Source: Lytechinus pictus (taxonomy: Eukaryota). From it: 64,000 bases of DNA. The notes beneath the pieces are model-generated. The model ran no database searches and was not told the origin of the DNA. It worked only from the letters and a program-made list of their open reading frames with translations. Both the position numbers and the translations under genes were made by a program. Below, piece after piece: positions 13,032 to 25,314 of the stretch. The first letter of the stretch is position 1; each line of letters starts with the position of its first letter. The stretch lies in the NCBI RefSeq assembly GCF_037042905.1, contig NW_026974140.1, forward strand, positions 1,614,001 to 1,678,000. Direction: 5' to 3'.

Positions 13032-14432
13032 TATTGCCTCAATTCAATCACCTTTTTCTTTCAATCCCCAGTCCATCGGCTCAACTAATGAAAAATATTA
13101 AAGTTAAATTTTTTCAATCTGTATGGAATGGAAAACCAGACAAAATTAGTAGGGAACACATACTTGGTTCATACGAAGAAGGGGGATTGAAAATGATCGA
13201 TATAGATTGTTTTAACAAAGCATTAAAATTGACATGGTTGAGAAGAATTCTATTGAGAAAATCTGATGACGTAGAAAGTCTATTAGGATTTTCTTTAGGA
13301 CAGCCTTTCCATCTGTTTTATGGAGATGAATATTTTTATAGCATATCGGAAAAGATTAGTAATCCATTTTGGAAAGAGTTTTTTGCCATGCTATTTTCGA
13401 TATTCAAAAAATCTGAAAATATCAATTGGTTAGCTCAACCTTTATGGAAAAATAGTAAAATACAAATAGATGGAAAGTCTGTTTATTTTAAATACTGGCA
13501 AGAAAAGGTTATAAGATTTATTAATGATTTAATAGATCGAGAAGGAAATAATATATCTTTAACTGAATGTGAATCTAAGTTTGGTTTAAAAGTCAATGTT
13601 TTGGAATATTTTTCAATTTCTCAGGCTCTAAGATGTGTGTTTAATCGAAAATTTCAAAACCTAGACCATAGAATATGTGAACCATTTGTTATGCCTTATA
13701 TTTCTCCTATAATGAGTGATAAAAAGGGGTGTAAAAGTATATACAAACTTTTGATAGGAAATAAAGATTCAGCCAAAACTTTTGCAGCAAATGGGGAAAA
13801 AATTCAGATATTCTTTTGGATCACACTAAAATACCGGAATTTAATAGGATGATTTTCAGATTTACAACTCACATACGGATAAGGTATTTCCAATACAAAG
13901 TTTTCAATAGAATTGTGTTTTTAAATGATATTTTATTCAAACTAAAGATCACCAATACTGAGTGCTGTACATTTTGTTATACTGTAAAGGAAACAATTGA
14001 ACACTTTTTTTACTTCTATAATTTTAGTAGAAATATTTGGAGTAAAATAGAAATGTGGATATCATCTCCTATGTTTATTCTTAAATTTACTCCACAGAAT
14101 ATTTTGTTTGGATATAAAGAAAAACAAAATGATGCCCTGAATTGTATTATCATTTTAGTAAAACAACAATTATATTTCTCGAGGTTGAACAAGACTGTAC
14201 CTGATTTTAAGAAGATTAAGAAGGTAATACAAACTTAGTATTTAGATGAACGTTACATTTATGATTTGAATGGAAAAAGGAAAGATTTTAATTTGAAATG
14301 AAGTATGTTGAAACATTTGTTTGAATAATGTATATGATTTGACTTCTGTAAACGTGTTCATTTTTTGTAAATAAACTTGCCCATTGGGGCATTTTCTGAT
14401 GATTTTTTTTATCTATTTCTTTTTTAATACAG

Positions 14433-14546
14433 GCAAGTGGTTCTTCCTCTACATTTAAATCTGCAGTTTTGATTGACAATAATCAAGTCAAAGATTGTAA
14501 TAACTGTGCTTACAATGACTGTACATCTGACTGCTGTTCATGCTAA
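14433..14546 (+). CDS. Probable last coding exon of the same gene, ending in CCSC*
   Basis: Acceptor tttcttttttaatacag; phase 0 fits the donor at 5242; ASGSSSTFKSAVLIDNNQVKDCNNCAYNDCTSDCCSC*; AATAAA at 14576-14581. Confidence 0.5.
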   Translation, partial: ASGSSSTFKSAVLIDNNQVKDCNNCAYNDCTSDCCSC

Positions 14547-14787
14547 AACTTCATTGAACAAAGTGTAATACGATGAATAAAGCATGGGGTGATAATCTAA
14601 TTGGAGCTTTCATCAGTAGCGTGAGTGATATCAAGATGTGTATCTCAAATCTGTAAGTTTGTTTTCATTGAAAACTCTTTGAAACACAGGCTAAGAATTC
14701 AGTGGGTTTTTTTTGTTTTTTTTTGGGGGGGGTCAATTTTCAAAAAACTTATTGATTTCTATGGGAGATGATTATATTTCAATTCAA

Positions 14788-15060
14788 GTTACAATAGGCA
14801 GGGGTGTGAGTGGTCACAAATGAAAGATCTGAAAAAAGCTGAAGAGTGTAGAAAAAGTCTGAAATGGAAAGAGCTCTCAGACTTTTTGTACAGAGGAAAG
14901 CCAAAAATAAGCAAAAAATCTTAACTCTCACGCCCCTGAATAGAGTACCGAAGCATTGACTTCAGTTGTCATGGCTGCCTGGTTCTACACAAATGAACCC
15001 GCTGAATGAAAGCGTGCATTTCTCATAGGAGAAAATGGCGTCACACTTCGGTACTCTATA
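14788..15060. mobile_element. Two adjacent small MITEs
   Basis: caggggtgtgag ... ctcacgcccctg, followed by atagagtaccgaag ... cttcggtactctat. Confidence 0.6.
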
Positions 15061-15170
15061 CAGGTCACTGTCTGGTGTATTTTCATACTATACTGTCTTA
15101 TTGTTATTATTATTAGTAGTAATTATGGTAGATTCTCATCAGTTGTTATTATCATTATTTTTTTTTCTTG

Positions 15171-16225
15171 TGCATAGCAGAGCGAGACTATAGGCGCCGC
15201 TTTTCCGACGTCTGCGGCGTCAACATCAAATCTTAACCGAAGGTTATTTGAAATGTCATTATAACTTAAAAAGTATATGGACCTAGTTAATTAAACTAGG
15301 ACATAAGGGTAATTGAGTATTACTAAACATCCTGCTTGAGTTTCGGTCACATGACCAAGGTCATTTAGGGTCAATGAACTTAGACCATTTTGGGGGAATC
15401 AATATCGAAATCTTAAGCAAGGTTAAGTTTTTGAAATGTCATCATAACTTAGAAAGTATATGGACCTAGTTAATTAAACTAGGACATAAGGGTAATTAAG
15501 TATTACTAAACATCCTGCTTGAGTTTCGGTCACATGACCAAGGTCAAAGGTCATTAAGGGTAATGAACTTAGACCATTTTGGGGGAATCAATATCGAAAT
15601 CTTAACCAAGGTTAAGTTTTGAAATGTTGTCATAACTTAAAAAGTATTTGGATATAGTTCATGAAACTTAGACAGAATGGTAATAGTGTATCCTTGCAGG
15701 CCCTGCCTGAGTTTCACGTCACTTGACCAAGGTAAAAGGTCATTTAGGGTCAACAAACTTTGACCATGTTGGAGGTATTTGTGGAATTGTCATCAAAACT
15801 TTAAAAGTTTATGGAACTAGTTTATGAAATTTGGAAATAAGAGTAACCATGTATCCCTGAATATCTTTCCTGCATTTCAGGTCACCTGACCAAGATCAAA
15901 TGACCACAATCAATCGTCATTTAAGGTCAATGAACTTTGGGGGTATTTGTTGAATTGGCATCACAACTTAGAGAGTTTATGGATCTACACATGTAGTTCA
16001 TGAAACATAGACATAAGGGTTATCACGTATGGTTTGCACACGTCTTTCGTTACATGATTATGGTCAAAGGTCATGTTGGGTCAATGGACATAGTATTTTA
16101 TTGTCATATGAATTGTGAGTGTTTTCTTTTGTGAATAATTATTCCATAGCTGTTTTCAAAGTCTGCACTGTTGCTAAATTGAATTTTGTAATGCAGGCGA
16201 GACTGCCAGAGGCGTTCCACTTGTT
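15171..16225 (+). mobile_element. HINE family A, more diverged copy
   Basis: tgcatagcagagcgagactataggcgcc ... atgcaggcgagactgccagaggcgttccacttgtt; same internal repeats. Confidence 0.85.
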
Positions 16226-16278
16226 ATGAAATATTCAGATTGTTATCAATATTACTACTGCTACTACTATTATTATTA

Positions 16279-16815
16279 TTATACCCCGCTTTGAAGGGGT
16301 ATATACATGTACTGTAGGAATCAGCGCAGGTCGGTCAGTCCGTTGCAAATCTTGGGCATCGAACTACTTCCTCAGTTTTTAATCAATTTTCATGAAATTT
16401 TGAACACATACATGTATTGGTGTTGGAGTGAAGATGTGCAAGACACACTTTTCGCATGTTTCGGAAATGGTGTTGCCATGGTAACGACTTATGACAAAAA
16501 TTGGGTAAATAACTTTCAACCAATTCTCATGAAATTTGGCTCACACATTACTTTCAAGGTAAAATATAATCAGTACATATTTTTGCATGTGTTTGAAATC
16601 ATGTTGCCATGGTAACAATATGTTATATGGCAAGAATTAGGCAAAAATCTTGGGGTTTGAACTACTTCATCAATATTTAACAAATTCTCATGATATTTTG
16701 CTCACACCTCTCGGGGTAAAGATGGGCAAGACATATTTTTTCCATGTGTTGGAAACTGTTGCCATGGTAACAGTGTAGGTTGAGGTATCAATCACCTTCA
16801 GTGATAGTTCTAGTT
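16279..16815 (+). mobile_element. HINE-like element, family B
   Basis: 5' hairpin tatacccc-gctttgaa-ggggtata; internal repeats containing gttgccatggtaac; 3' gaggtat plus hairpin atcac-cttca-gtgat, then ctagtt. Confidence 0.7.
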
Positions 16816-19180
16816 ATTATTATCATCATCATCGTACTTAATCATTAGTCTTTGTAAAAAAAGTAAGTTTCAATTTGATTGAGAGGAGCCAGAAAAACTA
16901 TATTAAAGACAGATATATGCATATTCCAGTTGTACCATGTGAACAGGTGTCAAATCAACTTTCATATTGGGCAACAAAATGATCAACACCATTTCTCTCA
17001 AGTCAACTGACCAAATCATGGTCCTTTGAGAACATTACAGACTATCAAACAAACAAGAAATCAGAGATCGACAATTTTATGAATGTCTCACATATAGGGG
17101 GTCGGACGTACATTATTTATGGAATTGCCCTATTGAAATAATGCAATAAAAGTTAAACGTTTTTAGCATTCCTTCATTATGAACTGTTTGCAAAAATTCT
17201 GTAAATCAAAATGAATGAAAACTCTCTTTAGATATAGAATATGTGCATGGTCTTAGTAAATAAAGTGCTAAGCATTCTTTTACTATTGGGTTATACATAT
17301 GATTACTCCTAATTATGTTGTGTTGTTTAATCTTATTTTGTGTGTATAGGCTCATGTATTCTGGAAAGAAAAATATACCTTTCTTTTGAATTATAGTCAT
17401 GATATTCTTTTATTCATATTTACCATGATTAAGTTTGATATTTTATTGATGACAATCAGGAGGATGTTCATTTTAAATGAGAATTGTTAGTTTCATTTAT
17501 CTTACAATATCTTGAAGGTAAGCATGGTGGGGGAGGCGTCCAAATTGGTGTAAAGATATCACAATGGTTTGTAGTCCATTGTTGGCAGTTACATGTATAT
17601 GTATCTACCATCTCTGAGCACAAGTGTGCTTTAGAAGGACATTAAAAGTGATATTTGCTTGTCTCCTTAGAGATATTATAGTGATCATCATGGGACTGAA
17701 TACTCCATATATTGTAGAGAGGAGTACAGTACATGTATATATACATTCACATTCAATTCCTGCATTTTGCAAGCATGAAGTTTTGCTTTTATTAAAGAGC
17801 TTAGGGATATGTTAAGGTCAAAATTAATTTTAGTAAATTAAGTAGTCAATAGGTTAATTGAGATGTAAGTAATGATTGTCTTTATGGTAGATATGTTTGA
17901 TGAGTCTTCAGAGCCTTGTTGGATCTTCGTGCCTTGGATAATTCAGCCAACCATTTCATTCTTGATATCACTTTACAAGCATCACTATATATATTCAATT
18001 TGTGTTAAGTTTTATACTGTTGTAAATGTACAGAGGTGAGCATAATTTTAATGGGCCATTGTATTGTATGATTATAATCAATGGTAAATTGTATATTTAG
18101 ATATTTGTTTTTCTATAATCAAAGTATGGCATATTAAAACCCTAATGTGTGTTGGTGTGCCCTTAGGATGGCAGTGGTTTCTTGTTTGAAGCTTGTCATT
18201 AGCATAACAAAATAAAAGTCAATCCTAGCATTGGTCAAAAAGTAATATTTGTCTGCTCACCTGTGCATGACTTGCACAGAACTTGATAAAAAAAAAAGAA
18301 ACTGTATGAACAAGGATTTCTACCAAATTATTTTGCTCATGCCTTTAAAAGTGTTTATTTTTTATTATTTGTTTTTAATTTTTTTTTTTTTTTTTTTTTT
18401 GGGGGGGGGGAATCATTTTCAATGGTACATGTATTTTTTACAACTGCTGATACTGAAAGTGGTAGTATAAAGAAACTATAACTTTGATTTCACGAATTGC
18501 TGTTGTATTTCATTGAATGTGGATAATGAAATATCAGAAGATTACTGAAAAATATAATACATTTTTGCAGAACTGGGTTAGAAACCAGCTAGCTGCTCAT
18601 TGTTTGAAATTAGGTCTTTAAAAAAGTCATACAGTGTAGTTAACATGTTTTTTGAAATTATAATTTGATTTGCGTTTGTTACCTATATTATACTTATGCT
18701 GGTATAGGAGTTAACATAATTGCCCATTACTTACACAGGCTAGTGATTAGAGTAGGCCTAGGGAGCACGTAAGTCTGTTTGACAAGTGCAAGTCAAGATT
18801 ATTCAGATATCCCATACTGGTCTTGGTCTTGCATGTAATACTCAGAATATTCCAGTCAATAATGGAAATATATATATTAAAGTTGAAACATATGAACAGT
18901 GACATGTCTGTGTGCTGTTGGTTGTAAATATTCTTGAATCAGTCATTATAACAGCATGCATGTGTACTTTATCAATTTTTAGATTGATTATTCTAGGTGT
19001 CTTTCACAGATATCAAATTATTTCCAGCTTGCCATAAAGAAAAATGTTTAAGAATTAATATGTAGTTGGTAGCATTTTGATGTCATTAAATGATTTGCTT
19101 TAGTAATCAAAAAGATGTTTGTAATCAAAACTAACTGAAATAAATGTGACAATGAGTGAATGAGAAATTGGCCAGATTAA

Positions 19181-19496
19181 CCCTAACTAGGCTGGGTTAG
19201 GGTCTCATAATCCCCCCCCCCCCTCCCTCAAAGTTTAGTGTGAATTAATTCTACCTTTCTAAAAACCATAGGGTTAGGGTTTCTAACCATCATATTAGGA
19301 TGTTTATGTATGGATTTAGATCACCCCCCCCCCCCCGATTTCACAATATTACATTGATATAATAGTATCAATTTAAAAAAAAAGGAAATGTAGAGTTTTG
19401 TAGCTTATGCTATGGGCAAAATGTGTGCTGATCCTTTCAAAAAGCCAATTGTGTGGTAATCATTATAATGTACCAAATAGCTGGGCTTTATTAGGG
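19181..19496. mobile_element. piggyBac-like MITE
   Basis: TTAA|ccctaa ... ttaggg|TTAA. Confidence 0.7.
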
Positions 19497-21387
19497 TTAA
19501 ACTTTGCCACTTTCTCTTTTTTTATTTGGTGAAACAGATGAGAAAATTAATCTATGATCAGGACAAAATATTCAGTGTTTTTGTAAATTATGTTATATAG
19601 CATGAAATGCAAGATGGTGTTTGTAACAAATGTGTTGTATTGTAATTGGTAGTGTGTCAAATTGATGAAAATATAGGGGAATTACAGGGAGGCTCTTGGC
19701 TGAACATAGTTACATCTTAATACAGTAAAATTCACTGGGCAAAATGCTGAAAATTTCATCAAAATCTGATCACAAATAATGAAATGTAAAGTTTAGCAAA
19801 ACAGTTTAATGCCCATTGTCATGAATATTCGTTAGGTGGACTGGCCACAATACACTTTAGCTTTTATGTTACATGTATTAAATGAAATCACAATTATTTC
19901 ATTTTTTCATACATGTGTTGATGTCTCTGTTGTATCAATAATATGTTACTGCTGTGAATATCTAATTCAGTTTTCAGTCCATTTTAATAAGCGTAATTTC
20001 ATGTAGTACAATACAAAAGCACAAGTAGGAATTTGACATCAGTTTGCTCATTGAATATTCATGAATACATGCCTAGAACTGTTTCATCAAAATAATGCAA
20101 ATCTTTAAAATGCTGTAACAGTGCTATGCTTTGTCCAGTTTTGATGTCATTTTCAGTGTTTTGTTTGTCTGATTTATATTATTTTCAGCCAGAAGTACCC
20201 CTTTAAAACAATCTGATGTAGTGAACAGAGGATAAAATACATATATTTTGACATGTTGACATGTTTTTCTTTTATTGCAATTTTTGCGTGGAATTAGAAA
20301 AATTTGCTGTGATATCTTGGCATAAAGCATCTCTTTGGTGAAAAAAATTACATAGCAGCTGGAAATCATTATATTTCTATTTTAAGGACTTTTGTATATA
20401 ATGAGGTTTATGAGGAATTGTCTACGTGGTCTGTTTTAATTTTTTTTATGTCAATGTTAATCATATTCTTAAGTAGAAAATAATTTGAGTACTTTGGAAA
20501 TACTTTTAACCTGTTTTTATCAGCTGTATACAACATCACAAACCTATATGATGCAGACTTGTTTTAACTTAAGATAAAAAGTTTATTGTGTAACAATTCA
20601 AACAATTGATGGTATTCCAGAATACAAAATGTTTTAAAAAGCTTAAAAGGAATGGAATTGTTATTACTTTAACCATTATTGTATCGTTGCACAAATCAAT
20701 TGATTGGTCATTTTCCAAAGTACAACAAAGTATTTTTTTGGGTATAATTGATTTATCATCAAGTTTATTTTTTAAAGTTTCAAATCGCTATTACAGGTAT
20801 GTATTTATACATTAATATTTCTATAATCATTCTGCTGCATTTGAAATGAAAAAAAACTATAGCAATGCAGACCTCTCAACATTTCTGAAAGAAAAGTAGG
20901 GAGGATTTTTCTGTAAAAAAGAAGAAGTTATATTATCCTGAAAAAAAATTGTATTAAAAGGAAGTGAGAATCATATTAACGTGTATCCAATATGCAGTGT
21001 GGTCAAGGTACCAATTTTCATCAGAAAATGGGGATATGTGGATCCTTATCATATGATTGGCTGAACTCAATCACATGACCAACCATTTATTCTAATATCT
21101 AACAGGAAAATGATCTGATTGGATCCAATGACTAGTTCGTATAACGGTCATGGTTTTGAGATGAGGATGGTTTTTATCAAATAACAAAAATCAAACAGCA
21201 CTGCATTAACAAAATACACATTGTTTTGCTTGGGGTTTAGAATGATAACACACACTTGTTACCTTTGAATCAGTCCAAATGCCCTCGGCTATGCTTCGGG
21301 CGTGTTAGAACTGCTCCAAAGGTACCTCATGCGTTTGATTCTTACTAATGATCTTGATGATGTGTATTTTATGTATATCATTAGCCT

Positions 21388-21583
21388 GGTTCCATGATAT
21401 TCACTCCGGCGACAATTTCTCCGCTATAAAATCCACAAACAACTAGAATGGCCGACTTCAATCCTGGATTTAACACTATATCCTATCCCAAACCTAACAT
21501 AGAACCCTATTGCAACCCTTACCCTATATTTCAGACAAAATAAAGCCCAGAGCAATTGTCGCCAGAGCAACTGTCGCGTTACC
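21388..21583. mobile_element. Small MITE
   Basis: Inverted ctccggcgacaatt / aattgtcgccagag. Confidence 0.55.
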
Positions 21584-24500
21584 TATTAGCCTCGCATAAG
21601 AACGGATGCCATCCAAGTACCATCGCACCTGTTGCATTTCAAGTATACTACACTGGTCAAAATAAACCTTATGCATACTATGTCATAATCTCAAAGCGCC
21701 CTCCCTCAGAGGATATAGTAATACATGTAAACAGAGTTGTCAGATATGCGCCAGCTTTAGATCACCAATGCATGCAGGACAATGGCTTCAGCCTCTAAGA
21801 TAGTGGCGCAATGATGTCAGTGCATAAAAGATCTATTAGAATTCTATTTTCTGAATTCAGAATGGTTGAAAGGTCTGTGAAGCCTAGTATGATGTTTCTT
21901 GATGTTTGTCTAATTTCACATTTTTTAGATTTAAGATCACCACACAATATTCAGTGTCTTGGATGTTCTTGACTTGCAACTATCATTGTAATCAACATCC
22001 ATGGTAGTAAACCTGAAATATAATTTTAATGTGTTAGCCGTACAATTAGCAGTGTTACTAAGTTACTCAGGCAAGCTTCTTGTAAACATAAGATTTGCAC
22101 TGGCAACGTTGGATGCAAGATTATACTCCATACAGGGCCATTCAGAAAGTGCCGGCTGTTTTCTTCAGTTTTCTGATGTGCAAATTGGAACAATTCCAAT
22201 ATTTGGCAAAATGGGGGTGTGCCTCCCCCCCCCCCTCAATTCATGCATTTTCTGTAAAAGTTAACTACCCATGTTATTTGTATATTGAAACTTTTTTTTT
22301 AAATATCGGTGATGTAAACCGATTTGTGACTACCACTCAACAACCAACAAACCGGTGCCTTGAAGTTTCTTCGTCAATAGCCAAAATAGTAATTTGGACA
22401 AACTAAATATGAATTAGTTTATCTCATAGAGTACTCTTTCTTTGACACCATTTTTTCTGGACTACATGTATGTGCACATATCATGCTCCAGTGAGCCCTA
22501 AACTGCAAACTTCATTTTCAGATGTTTTGAAGCCTCTCACTGAATTAGTCCTGCTTTAATCAAGTACTTTCTGGGTGATGTTGATCAATTTTGACAAGAA
22601 ATATAATTATACACTGTATAATTTCAAGGCTTATGAAGTGCTTTTACTAGATCAATAAATATCTCAAAATTCATTTCGGGTGACTTATTGTTGGTTTAGG
22701 GGTGGCAGGTCACAAAGCAGCCACTAAAAAAAAATAATTCACAACAATTACACAGAATATTGTTTAAACGTAATTCAAGGCATTCATATCTTTGCCAGAA
22801 ATGGTTAAATTTGATGAACCATCAGCTTGTGCAGAATCAATTAATTCATCAGCTCAACTTCTATATTTTTCATGAAGCATACTACTCAGACAATGTAATC
22901 TTATGTGTTTTCTTTCAATTAAAATATTAATTCACTAGATGTACTTAAATTTGTCTTGTTTAATAAGTCTGCCTACATCGAGTTTTGATGGAATTTCAAT
23001 TTGTGTGTGTGTGCGTGTGTACGTTGTCATGGGGTCATTTACTCAAAATCCAAAGCCGATGAATGTAATGCAATGGTCACAAATACCTTTACTAATGCCA
23101 TACAAACAATTTTCGTCTCGCATGAACAAAGTTTGGCAGAGATCTGTTGATCACTTTTCCGGTCAGTCTGTTGATTTGTTAAAAAATTTTAGTTTTTGTT
23201 CAACTTGCTCTCATTTCTGCATCAATAAAGATCATTCTTGGAAAATATGATCCTTGGGTAATACCACATGTGAGACAATGAGAATGATGGGATCAAAAGT
23301 CAACAGGGTCAAATGATACGAGGTCATGCCCATCATTTTTCAAGTTTTTTGTTTTACATGTACATATAGTCCGGGTTATAATTGAGCAAGGTGCCACACG
23401 GAAAAGGAGAAATTTTCATATAGTGCTTCTTGACCAGTTTTTTACGCTGAATATGAATATATGAGGTAACCAGGCTGTATCCTGAAAATTAACCCGTGAG
23501 GGCGCTTTTTTCAAAATGGCCGCCAAATTTTCAGAACATTTGAATTTTCGTACATAGATTTTGACATAAACATTCCATTGCCACAAAATTAGTGTCATAT
23601 AAAAGACAAATAAATTTCCTACAATTTGGTACCATTTATAGGGGATAAGTAGGTCATTTGGCTGAGATTTTAAGTAGAAAACTGAATTTTTTGTCATTTT
23701 TTCCCCAAAATTGAAATTTTCAAATACATGATTTTACATAATTCTAAGAAAAATGAATCAATTACCTTGAAATGTTCCAGAAAACTTTATCGATATACTA
23801 TTATCATGTGGATGAAATTCCAACTCAGTGTCATTCTTCTTAGCAAATTTATTAGGTATCAAACTTGAATACTTCAATTTCAGAAATGTTGCTTTTTGTA
23901 TGCATTTCCATAGACTAATACGTATAACATGTTTAATGTATAGGTAAAAATTAAATGCAATTATCTCCTCTCGTTAATCACTTGGATAGTTAAGAGTAGG
24001 CTTTTCTCTATCAGCTACATAAAACAAAATGTTGGCACATCAAGGCCTAACACTCTCATGGGGTGGGGGTGTCGAAGCCCCCCCCCCCCCCCCCCCCGCC
24101 TTTGGCTATATCATGTTGTTGTTTATTGCCTATTTATTGGAAAATCACAATTTTTTGAAGCACCCATTGAGGCAAAAGGCATTTCTGCTATACAGTACAG
24201 CCACTTTAATTACTATGAAACCACTTGGAGAGGAAAAGAGTAAGCTTTGTTCTACCAGCTATATCAAAAGAAGTGGCACGTACATCGAAGCCAACCCCTC
24301 TCGGGGGGGGGGGGGGCTGGGGAAGTCACCCCTCCCCCTTTTGCTTATTGCCAATTTATTTGGAAATTTGTTTGTGCTTTATAGTATTTTATTGCTTTGA
24401 GAGAGTAGAGTTCATTCTACCAGCTACATAAATAAGCGCTAGCACATCGAACCTTTGCCCTCTCAGGGGCTGTCTAAGTCACCCCCTCCTCTATATCATG

Positions 24501-24644
24501 TATATTGCCTATTTATTGAAAATTTCACTATTGCTCACCCATTGAGGACTAAGGGCGTTTCTATATCATACAACCAATTTTATTTTCTTGCAATTACTTG
24601 GAGAGAAAAGCGTAGGCTTTGCTCTATCAGCTACATATTATTAA

Positions 24645-25240
24645 AGGTCAAGTCCACCCCAGAAAAATGTTGATTTGAATAAATAGAGAAAAATAAAACT
24701 ACATGTAGCAAAACGCTGAAAATTTCATCAATATCGGATGTAAAATAAGAAAGTTATGACACTTTAAATAAAGTTTTGCTTATTTTTCACAAAGCAGTGA
24801 TATGCACAACTCAAATGAGAAAGTTGATGATGTCCCTCACTATTTCTTTTGTTTTTTATTGCTTGAATTATACAATATTTCATTTTTTAATAGATTTGAC
24901 AATAAGGACCAACTTGACTGAATCATATAGTATTAAACAATGCTCATTCCACATGTTCAAGGAGGAATTAATTGTTTCACTTGACAATGAGGAGAAAAAT
25001 AGAATATTCCCTATTTCATATAATAAAATACAAAAGAAATAGTGAGTGGATGACGTCATCAGTCTCCTCATTTGCATACCCACCAGGATGTGCATATAAC
25101 AGTTTTGTGAAATTAAGCAAAACTTTAAAATGTCATAACTTTCTTATTTTACATCCAATTTTGATGAAATTTTCAGTGTTATGCTTGTTGTATTTATCTC
25201 TTTTTATTCAAATAAACTTTTGTTGGGGTGGACTTGTCCT
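24645..25240. mobile_element. Kolobok-like MITE nested in the foldback
   Basis: TTAA|aggtcaagtccacccc ... ggggtggacttgtcct|TTAA. Confidence 0.9.
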
Positions 25241-25314
25241 TTAAGAAGCGCTGGCACATCGAAACCTATCCCTCTCAGGGGCTGTCTAAGTCAACCCCTC
25301 CCCCTGTATATCAT

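Larger units (their letters stand above)
6200..14330 (+). mobile_element. 5'-truncated, decayed Tx1/L1-type LINE ORF2, split by three insertions; ends approximate
   Basis: YFKDLYT...LEGDIRYSEILDAVK|QIKIGKAPGQDDFTAEF; LIPKGNKPRHF|KNWRPISLLN; LLDFEKAFDS; GCKQGDPISPYLF; QYADDT; C-terminal CTFC...ETIEH zinc-knuckle remnant; many stops. Confidence 0.9.

Noticed and set aside
16900..21000. Long AT-rich stretch, possibly an extended 3' UTR
   Set aside because: No diagnostic signal; cannot be supported without transcript data
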